A stretch of 64,000 nucleotides of DNA from Rivularia sp. (in: cyanobacteria) (GCA_965234645.1 OZ248344.1:3485673-3549672), one strand, 5' to 3'. Counted from the first letter of the stretch, positions 9,934-21,285 are shown. Translations and numbers: made by a program. Notes: generated by a model not told the origin, from the letters alone.

Positions 9934-10434
9934 TTAGTTAGTAGTCTGCGCGGCAAGCATTTGCTTTAGCTTTTCTAACTCAGCAGCCCAGCGAGGATCT
10001 GGATTGATCCCACCATCTTGCGAAGAAGTACTCGTGCTGCTGCTATCTTTTTGGGCACCACCGCGACGAGCTTTCTTCTTATTCTTTCCTGTTCCAGCAT
10101 TACTAGGAGCAGTACCAGCAGGAGTTGGTGTCGATGTTTTAGTAGGAGCTTGCTGCTGCTCTTCTCCTTCTTCACTACTCTTGCTGCGAGGTAATGCTTT
10201 CTCCAATTTAATCGGAGATTCTTTGAACATTAGACCGTTATATTTTTCAATAATTTGGTCAGCTTGTTCGTCGTTGTTTACTGTCATAAAACCGAAGCCG
10301 CGACATTTGCCAGTCTTACGGTCTTTGATTAACTTAGTAGTAATACTGCTACCTTCTTCAGCAAAAACTGCTTGCAATTCAGTTTTATCTATCTCTTCTT
10401 TGGGCAAATTGCCTATGTATAGGCGAATGGACAT
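9934..10434 (-). CDS. RRM RNA-binding protein, Rbp3/RbpG type
   Basis: RNP2 LYIGNL, RNP1 RGFGFMTV, low-complexity linker, C-terminal PDPRWAAELEKLK. Confidence 0.88.
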   Translation of the reverse strand: MSIRLYIGNLPKEEIDKTELQAVFAEEGSSITTKLIKDRKTGKCRGFGFMTVNNDEQADQIIEKYNGLMFKESPIKLEKALPRSKSSEEGEEQQQAPTKTSTPTPAGTAPSNAGTGKNKKKARRGGAQKDSSSTSTSSQDGGINPDPRWAAELEKLKQMLAAQTTN

Positions 10435-11059
10435 GAAAGAACCTCCAATATAGTTAGATGATTAGGAGCGGGTTTAAAACAAAAACTTGGTTTTATAGAT
10501 GACAGACATATGCTATTGACTAACACCGTCGTAAATCATCTTTTTACTCTAAACTGTCAATCTTTACAATACAGTTTTTTCACCAAGCTAATTTTTTTAT
10601 GCAAAAGCTTACACTTAATAGCGCAAACACCTTAATTCCAAAAATTATAAATTCTGCATTATATTTCTAGCAAAACAAGACTTATTCAATGCTCTTTTAT
10701 TATGAAGATTTAAACACCATTTCCTACAATATCACGGTATTCTAAGCACAGCTAGTTCAACACACACATTTCTAGCCCAGCCTTTAATGCATAGTAGCAT
10801 AAAATACATTTTTTTGATGAAGCTGACCACTTTTGGAAACAAAAACTAGCTAGCGGCTGGTTGATTTACTGCTGTGTTGAAAAGACCAAAAGGCGGATAC
10901 AATAACGCTAGCAGCCTTATACATCAACTAAGCTTTAATCCTCGTCATTTGGCTTGCATCGATTATTGTTAATAAATGTAACACTTTGTCTGAGATTTCG
11001 CAACTTTTGTTTACAAAATTCTTTGAAGATAGTGTGAAGCAATGATAGCCGATCGCGAA

Positions 11060-13342
11060 TTACCCGATCGAAACAATGTAAACACCCCAAGCAAAAGCAG
11101 CTACTGTCAAAATGGTAGACCAAATAGGATGAGGACTGTTGACCATTTTGCCACTTTGGGTTTTTAAAGTTTGAATGTCCAACCAAGGTGTTGCACCTCG
11201 TCGCAACCAGCCGGTAACGGAAACTTTTCTGCCGATAAAGTCTTGAACGTTGACAGATTGTCCCAACCAAGAAACATGATGTAATTTCACCAAACTATTT
11301 CCAACTTCGAGAGCTAAGTCTTGTCCTAGATAGTTGCTGCTACCGCGACGGCCTAATAATTTTCCTGAAAGTTCCACGGCGGTACTGTCTATAGGTAAAG
11401 TAGCTGGATTTGTTAACAACTCTGGTAATGACTCCGAGGCTTGTACGATTTGGCTGGCTTTGATATTAGTAAATAGGGAATTAGTTCTGATTAAATTACC
11501 GATGCTAAAACCGATAAGCATAAAACCTCTAACGAATTGCCAATCGTCGTATATCCACTTGAGGTTGATTAAATGCAGCCTAAATACTGCAAGCCAAGCC
11601 AGCCAGAAAAATAAGGCAAATGCTGTACCGATCGAAATGCCTAAAAAAGGAGCAATTTGTAATAAAAATGACTGCCGCTTCAACTTTAAAGACTGCTGAC
11701 TTTCCAGGTATACTTCAGGCTCAACGTGCCAGTAACGAGCGATTTTGCACAATTGAAGCAAGCGTTCTCCAATCAAAGGATGGCTGTTATTAATTACAAA
11801 CCATTGACGGTAAGGATTGAGATAATCCCACATCAACAATGATTCAAAGGTGGTGTTTGGAGCAATACTACCCAACCATAAACTTTGGTTGTGACCAACT
11901 GGTATTAATAGATTTAAACTTTCCAACTGCCAAGGTGTTTGCTGTTTTTTACGGATATCGGAGGCAGTTCCAATGGCAATTTTGAGTAAAGCGCGAATCA
12001 ATGCGTTGGGGTTTCCGGTGACTTCCGCGCCAATTCGATCGAGAGAGTAAATTCTTCTTCGGGACAACCATAAACCAGTTCCCGTAAGCAAACACCAAAT
12101 TCCATAAACGCTATTACCGATAATTCCTACAACTGTACGTGCGATTCGATTAGATATTTTATCGGCTTGTTGGCAAATCAGTTGATATAGTTTGTAAACC
12201 GGAATAGTTACCGATAGCATTACAGACATGACTGCACAATCTATACGAGCAATTTGCCCTAATTGAGAAGCAATAATTGTGGCGATTTCATCCGGAGCTA
12301 ACTGTTCTAAAAGTCCCTGACTAACTACAATTCGAGCGGTGCGGGGTAAATGACCGTAAGTAAATGCTATTGGTGATGCTATAGGTAAAATTCCTAATTT
12401 TGGTAACTGCCAGCCTCGCGGTTGGCAATAGCGTTGCAACACTCGCAAAGATTCGCGAGAATATGTGTTTAAATTGTCTCTTGATAAAGTTTTTTTTCCG
12501 TAAAAGTTACATAGCAGCCAGTCAAGCAACCAGGGCGAAACAGCCAGCAATATAACAAATACACCCAGCAGTAATGAAGTGGGATTGTTGTATAAATTGT
12601 ATAAAAACTGTATGGGTTGTAAAAATGGCAGCGCCACTAAAATATCGTTGATTAACTTTATGACTAGCTTTAACTGCAACTGCACCAGCCAAAACAAAGC
12701 AATGAAGGTTCCAATTCCCAGCAATCGCAAGCGAATAGACTTGATATTCGGTTTTGGTAGAGGTTGCCATACCTTCGCCCTTGTTCCCAACCGCCAATGA
12801 ATATTCGAGTGAATATTGTCTCGTTTGTTTTCTGCTTGAGAAACTCTTACTATTTCACCGCCGCGAGATTTTGTTTGCGTTTGTGCGGGAGTTTCTTTTG
12901 ATGGACTTATTTTATAAGCATCTATCGCTTCTGTTGTTAAAAATGATGGAGGGGGAGGTGGAGGTGGTGGGGTAGATAAAGAAATTAATTCCTCTCTTCT
13001 TTCCTCCCCTTCTTCGGAGGATTCAAAAGCAACAAATCCAGTTGATTTTGGTTCTGTGTTATGGGCGGGATACTTTTTCCTTAGTTGTTTTAAAGACTTG
13101 GATGCCCACTCTTGAACTTGAGAACGATCGCTTTGAGTCAGAGATTCACACACCGCGATCGCCATTTCAATTTCGCCACTTTTAGAATAAGCGATTACTA
13201 ATCCTACTTGGGCTTGTAAACTTTTATTTGTATCATCATCCCTAGATGCAACGTCTTCTAAGATGATTTTTGCTGTACGGTAATCTTCTTGTTTAAGGGC
13301 AGCTAAGCCAGCCTCTAAAGATGATTTGGAATGTGAAGACAT
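11060..13342 (-). CDS. TPR plus M48/HtpX-like membrane protein with degenerate zinc motif
   Basis: N-terminal TPR-like helices, TM segments, PIAFTYG..IVVSQGLLEQLAPDEIATIIASQLGQI, NPNALIRALLKIA, SHPLIGERL. Confidence 0.78.
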   Translation of the reverse strand: MSSHSKSSLEAGLAALKQEDYRTAKIILEDVASRDDDTNKSLQAQVGLVIAYSKSGEIEMAIAVCESLTQSDRSQVQEWASKSLKQLRKKYPAHNTEPKSTGFVAFESSEEGEERREELISLSTPPPPPPPPSFLTTEAIDAYKISPSKETPAQTQTKSRGGEIVRVSQAENKRDNIHSNIHWRLGTRAKVWQPLPKPNIKSIRLRLLGIGTFIALFWLVQLQLKLVIKLINDILVALPFLQPIQFLYNLYNNPTSLLLGVFVILLAVSPWLLDWLLCNFYGKKTLSRDNLNTYSRESLRVLQRYCQPRGWQLPKLGILPIASPIAFTYGHLPRTARIVVSQGLLEQLAPDEIATIIASQLGQIARIDCAVMSVMLSVTIPVYKLYQLICQQADKISNRIARTVVGIIGNSVYGIWCLLTGTGLWLSRRRIYSLDRIGAEVTGNPNALIRALLKIAIGTASDIRKKQQTPWQLESLNLLIPVGHNQSLWLGSIAPNTTFESLLMWDYLNPYRQWFVINNSHPLIGERLLQLCKIARYWHVEPEVYLESQQSLKLKRQSFLLQIAPFLGISIGTAFALFFWLAWLAVFRLHLINLKWIYDDWQFVRGFMLIGFSIGNLIRTNSLFTNIKASQIVQASESLPELLTNPATLPIDSTAVELSGKLLGRRGSSNYLGQDLALEVGNSLVKLHHVSWLGQSVNVQDFIGRKVSVTGWLRRGATPWLDIQTLKTQSGKMVNSPHPIWSTILTVAAFAWGVYIVSIG

Positions 13343-13414
13343 AAAGATTCTCTACAAAAGCGTATTTTAAAAATACTTACACGATCGATTTTGGATTTTG
13401 GATTTTAAATTTTG

Positions 13415-13446
13415 GATTTTAACAACGGATGCATTTGTTTTGGATT
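13415..13446 (+). repeat. 32-bp dispersed repeat, copy 1, within GATTTTG heptamers
   Basis: GATTTTAACAACGGATGCATTTGTTTTGGATT, identical to 26788-26819. Confidence 0.85.
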
Positions 13447-13531
13447 TTGGATTTTTGATTATATATGAAGACTACTATTGACAAACGGGCTGTGTAGCCC
13501 GTCTATAGCGATCGCATAAGGGGAAGCGCCA

Positions 13532-15154
13532 TTAATTCGTTGATGTTTGTCCGGATACGGGAGCTATAGCATTTAATTTTAATTCCGGATGATCTTGCTT
13601 TAATTGATTCGTGTTCCATTCATTGCGAAATAACAGTACAGGTCGTCCCATACTATCTTTCATGGTGGTAGTGTTGAACAAACGTCCCACTTTTTCCAAG
13701 GCTTCCCAACCGCCTTCCACCCAACGGGCAACGCTGTAAGGCAAGTATTCTAAGCGAGTTTCTACACCATACTCATTTTCCAAGCGGTACTGTACAACTT
13801 CCAACTGTAACTGACCGACTGCCGCTAAAACTGGATCGCGCTTGGATTCATCCACCGAGTACATAATTTGCACCGCTCCTTCTTCGCGCAATTCCGTTAC
13901 ACCTTTTTGAAATTGCTTAAATTTTGAAGGATTGGGATTTCTTAAAATTGCAAACAACTCCGGTGAAAAATAGGGAATACCCTCATATTCTAATTTTTTA
14001 CCCGTGTAAATTGTATCGCCAATTGCAAAAACACCGGGATTATTCAAACCAATAATATCCCCCGGATAAGCTTCATCAATAGATTCACGTTCTTGAGCAA
14101 ATAGTTTTTGCGGACGAGATAAACGCACGTTTTTACCAGTACGGGCGTGATTGACTGTCATATCTTTTTCAAATCGACCCGTACATACGCGGATAAATGC
14201 AACGCGATCGCGATGTTTGGGGTCCATATTCGCTTGCAGCTTGAATACGAAACCGGAAAAATCTGGGTAAGTGGGGGGAACTTCACCTAGACTGCTGGAG
14301 TGAGAACCCGGTTTGAGAGCGTATTGAAGAAAATTCTTCAGGAATAACTCTACACCGAAATTAGTCATCGCCGAACCGAAAAACACCGGAGTCATTTTCC
14401 CTTGATGTATCAACTCCATATCTAATTTGGGTCCAACTCCATCCAACAGTTCCAAATCGTCTTTAAGTTGATGATAAAGATCCTGTTCCAAAAGTTCTTC
14501 TATTTTGGCATCGCCCAAATCGACTATTGTATTTGTAGCTTCTTTGCTTCCGTGGGCACTTCTTTCAAACAAATGGATTTTTTGCTCTTGACGGTCAAAT
14601 ACGCCTTTAAAGCGATCGCCCATACCGATAGGCCAGTTTACCGCATAAGTTTGTAAATTTAATTCTTGCTCAATTTCGTCTAAAAGTTCTAGCGGTTCTC
14701 TTCCGGGGCGATCGAGTTTATTTATGAAAGTAAAAATTGGAATACCCCGCATTTTACATACTTCAAATAATTTTCGCGTCTGGGGTTCCAAACCTTTTGC
14801 TACGTCAATCAACATTACTGCATTATCGGCAGCGCTCAAAGTTCGATATGTATCTTCACTAAAGTCTTGGTGTCCCGGAGTATCTAATAAATTTATTTGA
14901 CATTTTTTGTACTCGAACTGCAATACCGTTGAGGTAATAGAAATACCCCTTTGCTGCTCCATTGCCATCCAGTCAGAAGTCGCCTTACGCTGCGCCCGTC
15001 TAGCTTTTACGGAACCGGCTTCATGAATCGCACCTCCGTACAAAAGTAACTTTTCAGTCAGAGTAGTCTTACCGGCATCCGGGTGAGAAATGATGGCAAA
15101 ATTGCGACGGCGTTCAACTTCTTCGTAAATTTCTTTCTCAAGTTCAGTTGACAT
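13532..15154 (-). CDS. prfC: Peptide chain release factor 3
   Basis: [52 protein letters not shown]. Confidence 0.97.
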   Translation of the reverse strand: MSTELEKEIYEEVERRRNFAIISHPDAGKTTLTEKLLLYGGAIHEAGSVKARRAQRKATSDWMAMEQQRGISITSTVLQFEYKKCQINLLDTPGHQDFSEDTYRTLSAADNAVMLIDVAKGLEPQTRKLFEVCKMRGIPIFTFINKLDRPGREPLELLDEIEQELNLQTYAVNWPIGMGDRFKGVFDRQEQKIHLFERSAHGSKEATNTIVDLGDAKIEELLEQDLYHQLKDDLELLDGVGPKLDMELIHQGKMTPVFFGSAMTNFGVELFLKNFLQYALKPGSHSSSLGEVPPTYPDFSGFVFKLQANMDPKHRDRVAFIRVCTGRFEKDMTVNHARTGKNVRLSRPQKLFAQERESIDEAYPGDIIGLNNPGVFAIGDTIYTGKKLEYEGIPYFSPELFAILRNPNPSKFKQFQKGVTELREEGAVQIMYSVDESKRDPVLAAVGQLQLEVVQYRLENEYGVETRLEYLPYSVARWVEGGWEALEKVGRLFNTTTMKDSMGRPVLLFRNEWNTNQLKQDHPELKLNAIAPVSGQTSTN

Positions 15155-15288
15155 AAGGTATTTGTTTGATTGTATTCTAACTAAAACTTAGCTTTTTCAA
15201 ATTTTGCGCGAGTCTTTTAATCTTAAGACAACTATTAAGGTTATAGGTTCGTTATATAATCCAAAAGCTCAATGTCAGGGGAGGAAAA

Positions 15289-15630
15289 ATGTACGACACC
15301 GACAGTAGAAAGCTTTTATCCGCACTGTCTCATGGAGCGATTTTCTTTAGCTCTACAGTGATATCAATTGCCATTCCCATTGCGATACTTTTTACAACTC
15401 AAGATCCAGTTGTGAAGGGAAATGCCAAAGAAGCGATCAATTTCCATTTAAATGTTTGGCTCGTTGGAATAATTATTGGAGTACTGGTCGCGGTTACTTT
15501 CGGTTTGCTAGGATTTCTACTAGGTATATGGGTTCTCGTCCATTGGGGATTCACTATTTGGGCGCTTTCCCATGTTTTAGGAGATTCGGATAAACCTTTT
15601 CGCTATCCCTTTATATTTAGAATTGTCTAG
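15289..15630 (+). CDS. DUF4870-family membrane protein
   Basis: 113 aa, three TM segments, AKEAINFHLN and FRYPFIFR motifs. Confidence 0.8.
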   Translation: MYDTDSRKLLSALSHGAIFFSSTVISIAIPIAILFTTQDPVVKGNAKEAINFHLNVWLVGIIIGVLVAVTFGLLGFLLGIWVLVHWGFTIWALSHVLGDSDKPFRYPFIFRIV

Positions 15631-16277
15631 ACAAAGTTATCTAGTACAAAAGGGACATACCTAAACCTAGCGAACGAAAGTAGCTGCCAAGATTACGACA
15701 CAAGCTTTACAAAAGGCATACCTCACACTTCATCAATTCTGAGTCTATGTAGTTTTTGCACTACTTGCATTGCAGTATTTATCGCGTAGCGCGTTCTTTG
15801 AACCAAAAACCGTCTTCAGAACACTCATAAGGATACTTTCTGATGCATAAAAACCAGCATATTGCAAGTAAAAAAATCCTTCTTAGAACATCACGACTGT
15901 TAATGTTGGCGCTCAAAGCTCGTGCTATGCGAATTACCGCTACACGATCGTTCTTGCGTAAATCCAAACTATTTTTGCAGGAAAATTACTTTTAATCGCA
16001 TCATTACAACTTGTTACAATCTATTGACCAAATAGTTGTAGTTCGCAGCTAAAATTGATTCATTTAATATATTTTGAGGATAGATTTTTAACCTTTAATT
16101 AGGATATATATACAGTTAACGGTAAAATACAAAATTGCCCCACATCTTCGCAGACAGTAGGGCATTAGGACAGTTAAGCGCTGGTTGTAGTTTGTCCTTT
16201 TGAAGTAAAATTTTACCCGCTAATTGTGACGCTTTAAATTGTGTCCATGAAAGCTTTCTTTACTGTTTATAAAAATT

Positions 16278-17258
16278 ATGTTTCCTACCCATCGTCCCCG
16301 TCGTTTGCGTACCCATCCTCAATTGCGTCGGATGGTACGCGAAACCGTATTGAATACGAGCGATTTAATTTATCCTTTGTTTGCCGTACCAGGTGAAGGT
16401 ATAGCTAATGAAGTAAAATCTATGCCGGGAGTTTTTCAACTTTCTGTTGACAAAATTGTCGAAGAAGCAAAGGAAGTTTACGAATTGGGAATTCCGGGTG
16501 TTATTTTATTCGGTATTCCAGAAGATAAAGATATCGAAGCTACAGGTGCTTGGCACGATTGCGGTATCGTTCAAAAAGCTTCTACCGCTATCAAAGAAGC
16601 AGTACCGGATTTAATTGTAATTGCTGACACTTGCTTGTGCGAGTATACCAGTCACGGTCACTGCGGTTATTTGCAAGTAGGCGATTTGAGCGGGAGAGTT
16701 TTGAACGATCCGACTTTAGAATTGCTCAAAAAAACAGCGGTATCCCAAGCTAAAGCCGGTGCTGATATCATCGCCCCTTCCGGAATGATGGACGGTTTTG
16801 TGCAAGCCATTCGCACGGGCTTAGATGAAGCTGGTTTTCAAGATACGCCGATTATGTCTTACGCTGCCAAATATGCTTCTGCATACTACGGACCATTCCG
16901 CGATGCAGCCGATTCATCCCCGCAATTTGGCGATCGCAGAACTTATCAAATGGACCCCGGTAACTCCCGCGAAGCAATCAAAGAAATAGAATTAGATATT
17001 GCAGAAGGGGCTGATATGCTAATGGTCAAACCTGCTTTGTCGTACATGGATATAATTTGGCGCGTCAAACAAGCTTGTAATCTGCCAGTCGCGGCTTACA
17101 ACGTTTCCGGCGAGTATTCTATGATTAAAGCCGCAGCCCTAAATGGTTGGATTGACGAAGAGCGAGTTGTACTTGAAACTTTGACTAGCTTTAAGCGTGC
17201 TGGTGCCGATTTGATTTTAACCTACCACGCTAAAGATGCAGCCCGATGGTTGGAATAA
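16278..17258 (+). CDS. hemB: Porphobilinogen synthase
   Basis: [20 protein letters not shown] zinc site, [14 protein letters not shown]. Confidence 0.97.
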   Translation: MFPTHRPRRLRTHPQLRRMVRETVLNTSDLIYPLFAVPGEGIANEVKSMPGVFQLSVDKIVEEAKEVYELGIPGVILFGIPEDKDIEATGAWHDCGIVQKASTAIKEAVPDLIVIADTCLCEYTSHGHCGYLQVGDLSGRVLNDPTLELLKKTAVSQAKAGADIIAPSGMMDGFVQAIRTGLDEAGFQDTPIMSYAAKYASAYYGPFRDAADSSPQFGDRRTYQMDPGNSREAIKEIELDIAEGADMLMVKPALSYMDIIWRVKQACNLPVAAYNVSGEYSMIKAAALNGWIDEERVVLETLTSFKRAGADLILTYHAKDAARWLE

Positions 17259-17666
17259 GTCACAAAGAAGGAAAATGAAAGATTTCTCGACGTAAAATTT
17301 TGCGTCGAGTTATCAATAATTATTAATTTAATAATCTAATATTCATTTAGTATTTATTTAGTATTTACGAACTAATTGTATATTTAATAATTATTAGAAT
17401 TCAAAAATTGATAAGCATAAGCTGAAAAAATTAGCATGAAAATTATAAATGCATTTTAAACATCTACCTATTTATAGATATTAAATATAAATAAAAAGAA
17501 AAAGCTTGTAGAAGATTCAACAAGATTGCAGTATGGTTAGATTGTTATACGGGGATACAATATCTTATAAAATAATATAGTTAACAAAGAATTTTCAGTT
17601 GGCATTGTTAATGTCAATTGATTTAATAAACCAAATTAATGAATTTTGAAAAGGGAGCATTTAGAT

Positions 17667-18002
17667 ATGGATATGCAAGTCCTGAGAGAACGTGCTGGAC
17701 TCAGCCGTGCAGAGGTTGCCTTCAGGCTTGCAATCAGTGAAACGAGCGTTCGCAATTGGGAAGCAGGGCGAACAGAACCAACTATGACACCTAAAAAATA
17801 CTGGGATGCCTTGCGCCTGTTTAAATGCACGCCAGAAGAATTGGCGGAAGCAAGCGAAAAATCAATTAATCAAAGGCACAAACGTAAACCAGGAAGACCT
17901 AGAAGATTTCCCGAACAGCTTCCGGCAGTTTCTGGAAAAAGCGATGGTGCAAGCGTGACTAAAATTAGTTCTGTAGAAGATTCAATTTCTTTTAATCGCT
18001 AA
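17667..18002 (+). CDS. XRE-family HTH transcriptional regulator
   Basis: LRERAGLSRAEVAFRLAISETSVRNWEAGRTEP HTH; probable ATG 17667. Confidence 0.85.
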   Translation: MDMQVLRERAGLSRAEVAFRLAISETSVRNWEAGRTEPTMTPKKYWDALRLFKCTPEELAEASEKSINQRHKRKPGRPRRFPEQLPAVSGKSDGASVTKISSVEDSISFNR

Positions 18003-18037
18003 ATCTTATAGTTAGGGCTTTGACAACCAATTATCCC

Positions 18038-18074
18038 AGAGCATTGTGATTTTAGTGGAGAATTGCAATGCTCT
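18038..18074. terminator. Bidirectional terminator-like hairpin
   Basis: AGAGCATTG..CAATGCTCT stem between the convergent XRE gene and araC remnant. Confidence 0.5.
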
Positions 18075-18291
18075 CTATTTTGGATGCATTAGTTTTACGG
18101 TTACTATCCAATCGAATTTTATAATTATAGGGTTTTAACCTGTAGAGGTGACAATTCGTAAGCTTACTTGTGGTCAAACAAAGATTAATAAGAAGATTAT
18201 TCAGCAGAAGAAGATGGTGATAGTTTCGATGCAGAGCAATCCTGACGATAGAAACTAGGAGCAACGCCAGCCCATCGCTTAAATGCTCTAC

Positions 18292-19658
18292 CGGAACCGC
18301 GCACAGTGCCCCTGATTTCTAATTATGGGGGTTTGGTGCGCCACGGGAATTTATTCCCAATCTAGTTCTAAAAAACAGTTGTAGATTTTTAGGATAGGAG
18401 TTACAATATTTCTAGGAGGTGAGCGCATTGTTTAATCTGACTTACGAATTCAAGTTAAAGCCAACCAAAAGTCAAATAAAAACTTTCTTTGAATGGTTAG
18501 AAACTCACAGGAGAGTTTATAACTATGCTTTGGCTGAACGTAAAGACTGGTATAAATCTCGGTCTTGTCAGATTAAAGCTTGCAGCAATCGTAGTTGTTA
18601 TATCATTCCCGCTGACGCGCCACGTCCAACATTTGCAAGTCAATGCAAGTCTTTGACTGCTGCACGCAAGAACAACGAGTACTTAGGTAAAATCAATGCC
18701 CAATCATTGCAGCAAACACTGAGAAGACTTGAGAAAGCTTTTGTAAATATGTGGGAAAGGAATCATGGGTTTCCACGATTTAAAAAAGTTGGACGAATGC
18801 GGTCTTTTTCTTTCCCTCAGTTAGGTAAAAATCCATTGCAAAATGGATATATTAAATTGCCTGTGATCGGTTCGATAAAACTTAGGCACTCAAGAGTTAT
18901 TCCCGATGATGGTGTTCTAAAACAAGCACGCATAATAAAACGTGTTTCTGGATGGTATGTAATGTTAACCGTCCAGTGGGATGTAAATCCACCACAACCA
19001 ATGCCACACGGTGAGGGAATAGGGATTGATGTAGGTTTAACTTCAATGGTTGCAACAAGTAGTGGACTATTAGTTAAGCGTCCTGCATTTTTTATTGACG
19101 CAGAACGCAAGCTGAAATTGCTGCAACAACGTGTTAGTAGAAAACGAGACGGCTCAAACAATTGGAAGAAAGCTCAAAAAAAAGTTGCTTCCTTACATGA
19201 ATACGTTGCTAATTGCCGTAAAGATTGGCATAGAAAGTTGTCACACCAGTTATGTGATAACAATGGGATGATATTTGTAGAAGATTTAAACCTAATTGGT
19301 TTGTCTAGGGGAATGCTAGGAAAGCATTGCTTAGACGCAGGTTTTGGTCAATTCTTCAAAATACTCGAACAAGTTTGTTTTAAACGTGGTGTTTATTTTC
19401 AGAAAGTTGATGCCCGAAAAACTTCTCAAATATGTCCTAATTGCCATCGCGTTACAGGTAAGAAAATATTAGCTGAACGTATTCATAAGTGTGGCAATTG
19501 CGGCTATCTAACTCATAGAGATGTCGCAGCCGCTCAAGTAGTTCTAATCAGAGGACTTGCAGCCGTAGGGCATACGGTCAAGATGCTTAGTGAGGGTAAA
19601 TTCGTTGGAATCCCTGTGAGCTAAGAATCCCCTTGTTTTTAAACATGGGGAGTGTCAA
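18292..19658 (+). mobile_element. Non-autonomous IS200/IS605-family (IS1341-like) element, 1367 bp
   Basis: Ends defined by araC restoration; right end ..GTGTCAA after hairpin TCCCC-TTGTTTTTAAACA-TGGGGA; left subterminal CCCC..GGGG hairpin; no target duplication; no tnpA. Confidence 0.85.
18419..19624 (+). CDS. tnpB: RNA-guided endonuclease TnpB
   Basis: TYEFKLKP N-terminus; RuvC motifs GIDVG, FVEDL, HRDVAAA; zinc finger CPNC..CGNC. Confidence 0.93.
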   Translation: MSALFNLTYEFKLKPTKSQIKTFFEWLETHRRVYNYALAERKDWYKSRSCQIKACSNRSCYIIPADAPRPTFASQCKSLTAARKNNEYLGKINAQSLQQTLRRLEKAFVNMWERNHGFPRFKKVGRMRSFSFPQLGKNPLQNGYIKLPVIGSIKLRHSRVIPDDGVLKQARIIKRVSGWYVMLTVQWDVNPPQPMPHGEGIGIDVGLTSMVATSSGLLVKRPAFFIDAERKLKLLQQRVSRKRDGSNNWKKAQKKVASLHEYVANCRKDWHRKLSHQLCDNNGMIFVEDLNLIGLSRGMLGKHCLDAGFGQFFKILEQVCFKRGVYFQKVDARKTSQICPNCHRVTGKKILAERIHKCGNCGYLTHRDVAAAQVVLIRGLAAVGHTVKMLSEGKFVGIPVS

Positions 19659-20188
19659 TGAAAGATACTTCTGACTCGTATCCGATTAAAGTAGCTACAT
19701 TTTTTAGTCCTAATTGACTTTCGCGTAATAGTTCTGTTGCTTTGAGCATACGCCAGGCTGTGAGATATTGCATAGGCGGTTGTCCAACCAGTTCAGTGAA
19801 TCGGGCTGCAAATGCCGATCGCGACATCGGCACTTGTTCTGCGAGGGATGCAACAGTCCAGTTTTTTTCAGGCGATCGCATCTTTGTGTGCTGCGTCATT
19901 TAGCTCGCCACCAAATGAATTCCGGTGAACAAAAGATGCAGATAATCCAGCGAAATATCGATTGCTCTTGTGAGTGAGCATTCCAAATCTGATGGTGAAT
20001 AATGTCTCGATCGCTGGGTTCCAATAAGCTCGACGGTAACTGGGGATCTGGCACGTTTTCTGTTCCTGTGAAAATCCATAACATCCCCGCGATCGCCTTT
20101 GTAGGGAAACTTACAACTGACAGTTTTGACAATTGAACCGAGGTAAGTGGGTTGAAAGGAACATGAGTACAGGTGCCATTAGTAGTTA

Positions 20189-20779
20189 CTACAGCGTAGA
20201 AAGATCCAAATTAGGCGGTAGCAGCACCGCATCAATCACATGGATAACGCCGTTACTGGCTGCCACATCAGCTTGCACAACCTTGGCATCATTGACAGTG
20301 ACGTTTCCTGCATCGGCTGTCAGGTTCAAATTTGCACCCTCAACGCTGGGCACTGGTCCCGTCTGAACCGCGCTTGCAGGCACATTGCCAGCAACCACGT
20401 GGTAGGTGAGGATCTTGGTTAGCGTTGCTTTATTTTTAGGCAGCAAGAGCTTGTCCAACACCCCGGCAGGGAGTGCAGCAAACGCCTCATCGGTCGGAGC
20501 AAACACGGTATAAGGACCTGCCGCATTGAGCGTATCGACCAGATCGGCAGCTTTTATAGCCGCGACTAGGGTGTTGAAGGAGCCGTTGGCGGTCGCCGTC
20601 TCCACAATCGTCTGGCTTGACGCGGTGCTTTCGGTCGTGGATGGGTTCGCCTCGGCAGTGGGGGCTGGCGTTGTGGCAACGTTCTGGTTTTCGCAAGCTA
20701 CGCCGACTGGCATCAGTAGCAGTGCAGCCGCAATGCCTGCAAATTTGTTCGTGAACTTGAAAGAACTGGAGAGTTTCAT
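20189..20779 (-). CDS. Secreted/lipoprotein fasciclin (FAS1) domain protein
   Basis: Signal peptide with VGVAC, then [32 protein letters not shown]. Confidence 0.92.
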   Translation of the reverse strand: MKLSSSFKFTNKFAGIAAALLLMPVGVACENQNVATTPAPTAEANPSTTESTASSQTIVETATANGSFNTLVAAIKAADLVDTLNAAGPYTVFAPTDEAFAALPAGVLDKLLLPKNKATLTKILTYHVVAGNVPASAVQTGPVPSVEGANLNLTADAGNVTVNDAKVVQADVAASNGVIHVIDAVLLPPNLDLSTL

Positions 20780-20813
20780 TGTTTTTTTTGGATGGTTAAG
20801 GGGACCTTCAATA

Positions 20814-20857
20814 GGTATACGAAGTGAGATTGCGATCGGATGAATCTTTTTTTGAGT
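20814..20857 (-). promoter_or_regulatory. Putative ECF sigma promoter upstream of the fasciclin gene
   Basis: Minus strand TCATCC-N16-CGTA, about 35 nt before ATG 20779; 39/44 identical to 21322-21365. Confidence 0.65.
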
Positions 20858-20862
20858 CGTAT

Positions 20863-21285
20863 CTACTTAAAAAAAGTAGTTCCAGAAGTATCTTCCCGCA
20901 GCCTTTTATCCAAGTCGGGGCGCACGCCCACATCGATGCTGAGTTCACGAAAAAGTTCCGGATTAAAAACGAAAAAAGACGAGCAAGGACCTGATGCTCT
21001 GAGCGCATCTCGCTGCTCCTGCATTTGCTGAGGCGTGAGAATGGATTTGATATAAGCGTTCAACTCGTATCCCTCCTCAACTCGTGCTTTGATCTGTTCT
21101 GGTGAAAGGATCAAATTGATATTTTGACCAAATGTGGCATATTGACCATATTTCTGATTCAATTCAGCAACCAGCCTGCGATTTTCCACAGAAGCTTCAC
21201 GATACACCGCTTGGTCAATCTCTTGTTTAATTTGGGGAGGGATTGTGACTTCTTTACCATTCACCTTTTTAACGGCGTATCTCAT
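20863..21285 (-). CDS. Hypothetical protein, 140 aa
   Basis: Open frame between rskA and fasciclin genes; helical, with an ILTPQQ motif; no recognisable family. Confidence 0.55.
   Translation of the reverse strand: MRYAVKKVNGKEVTIPPQIKQEIDQAVYREASVENRRLVAELNQKYGQYATFGQNINLILSPEQIKARVEEGYELNAYIKSILTPQQMQEQRDALRASGPCSSFFVFNPELFRELSIDVGVRPDLDKRLREDTSGTTFFK

Larger units (their letters stand above)
18197..19879 (-). pseudogene. AraC-family regulator relic, 5'-truncated and split by a TnpB element
   Basis: 19879-19659 reads (M)RSPEKNWTVASLAEQVPMSRSAFAARFTELVGQPPMQYL..GYESEVSF. 18291-18197 continues (S)RAFKRWAGVAPSFYRQ..stop. Removing 18292-19658 restores TTC AGT AGA GCA in frame. Confidence 0.88.

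Noticed and set aside
18011-18030. TTGAC at 18020-18024 as the left junction of the first tnpB element
   Set aside because: Joining there gives SFSQSP and an early stop; the 18291/19659 junction restores the canonical AraC SFSRAFKR.
18052-18264. 70-aa minus-strand ORF
   Set aside because: An alternative frame over the araC 3' remnant.
19768-20366. ORFs 19768-19977, 19896-20132 and 20133-20366
   Set aside because: No family recognised; they overlap the araC relic or lie antisense to the fasciclin gene. 19880-20130 remains unexplained.
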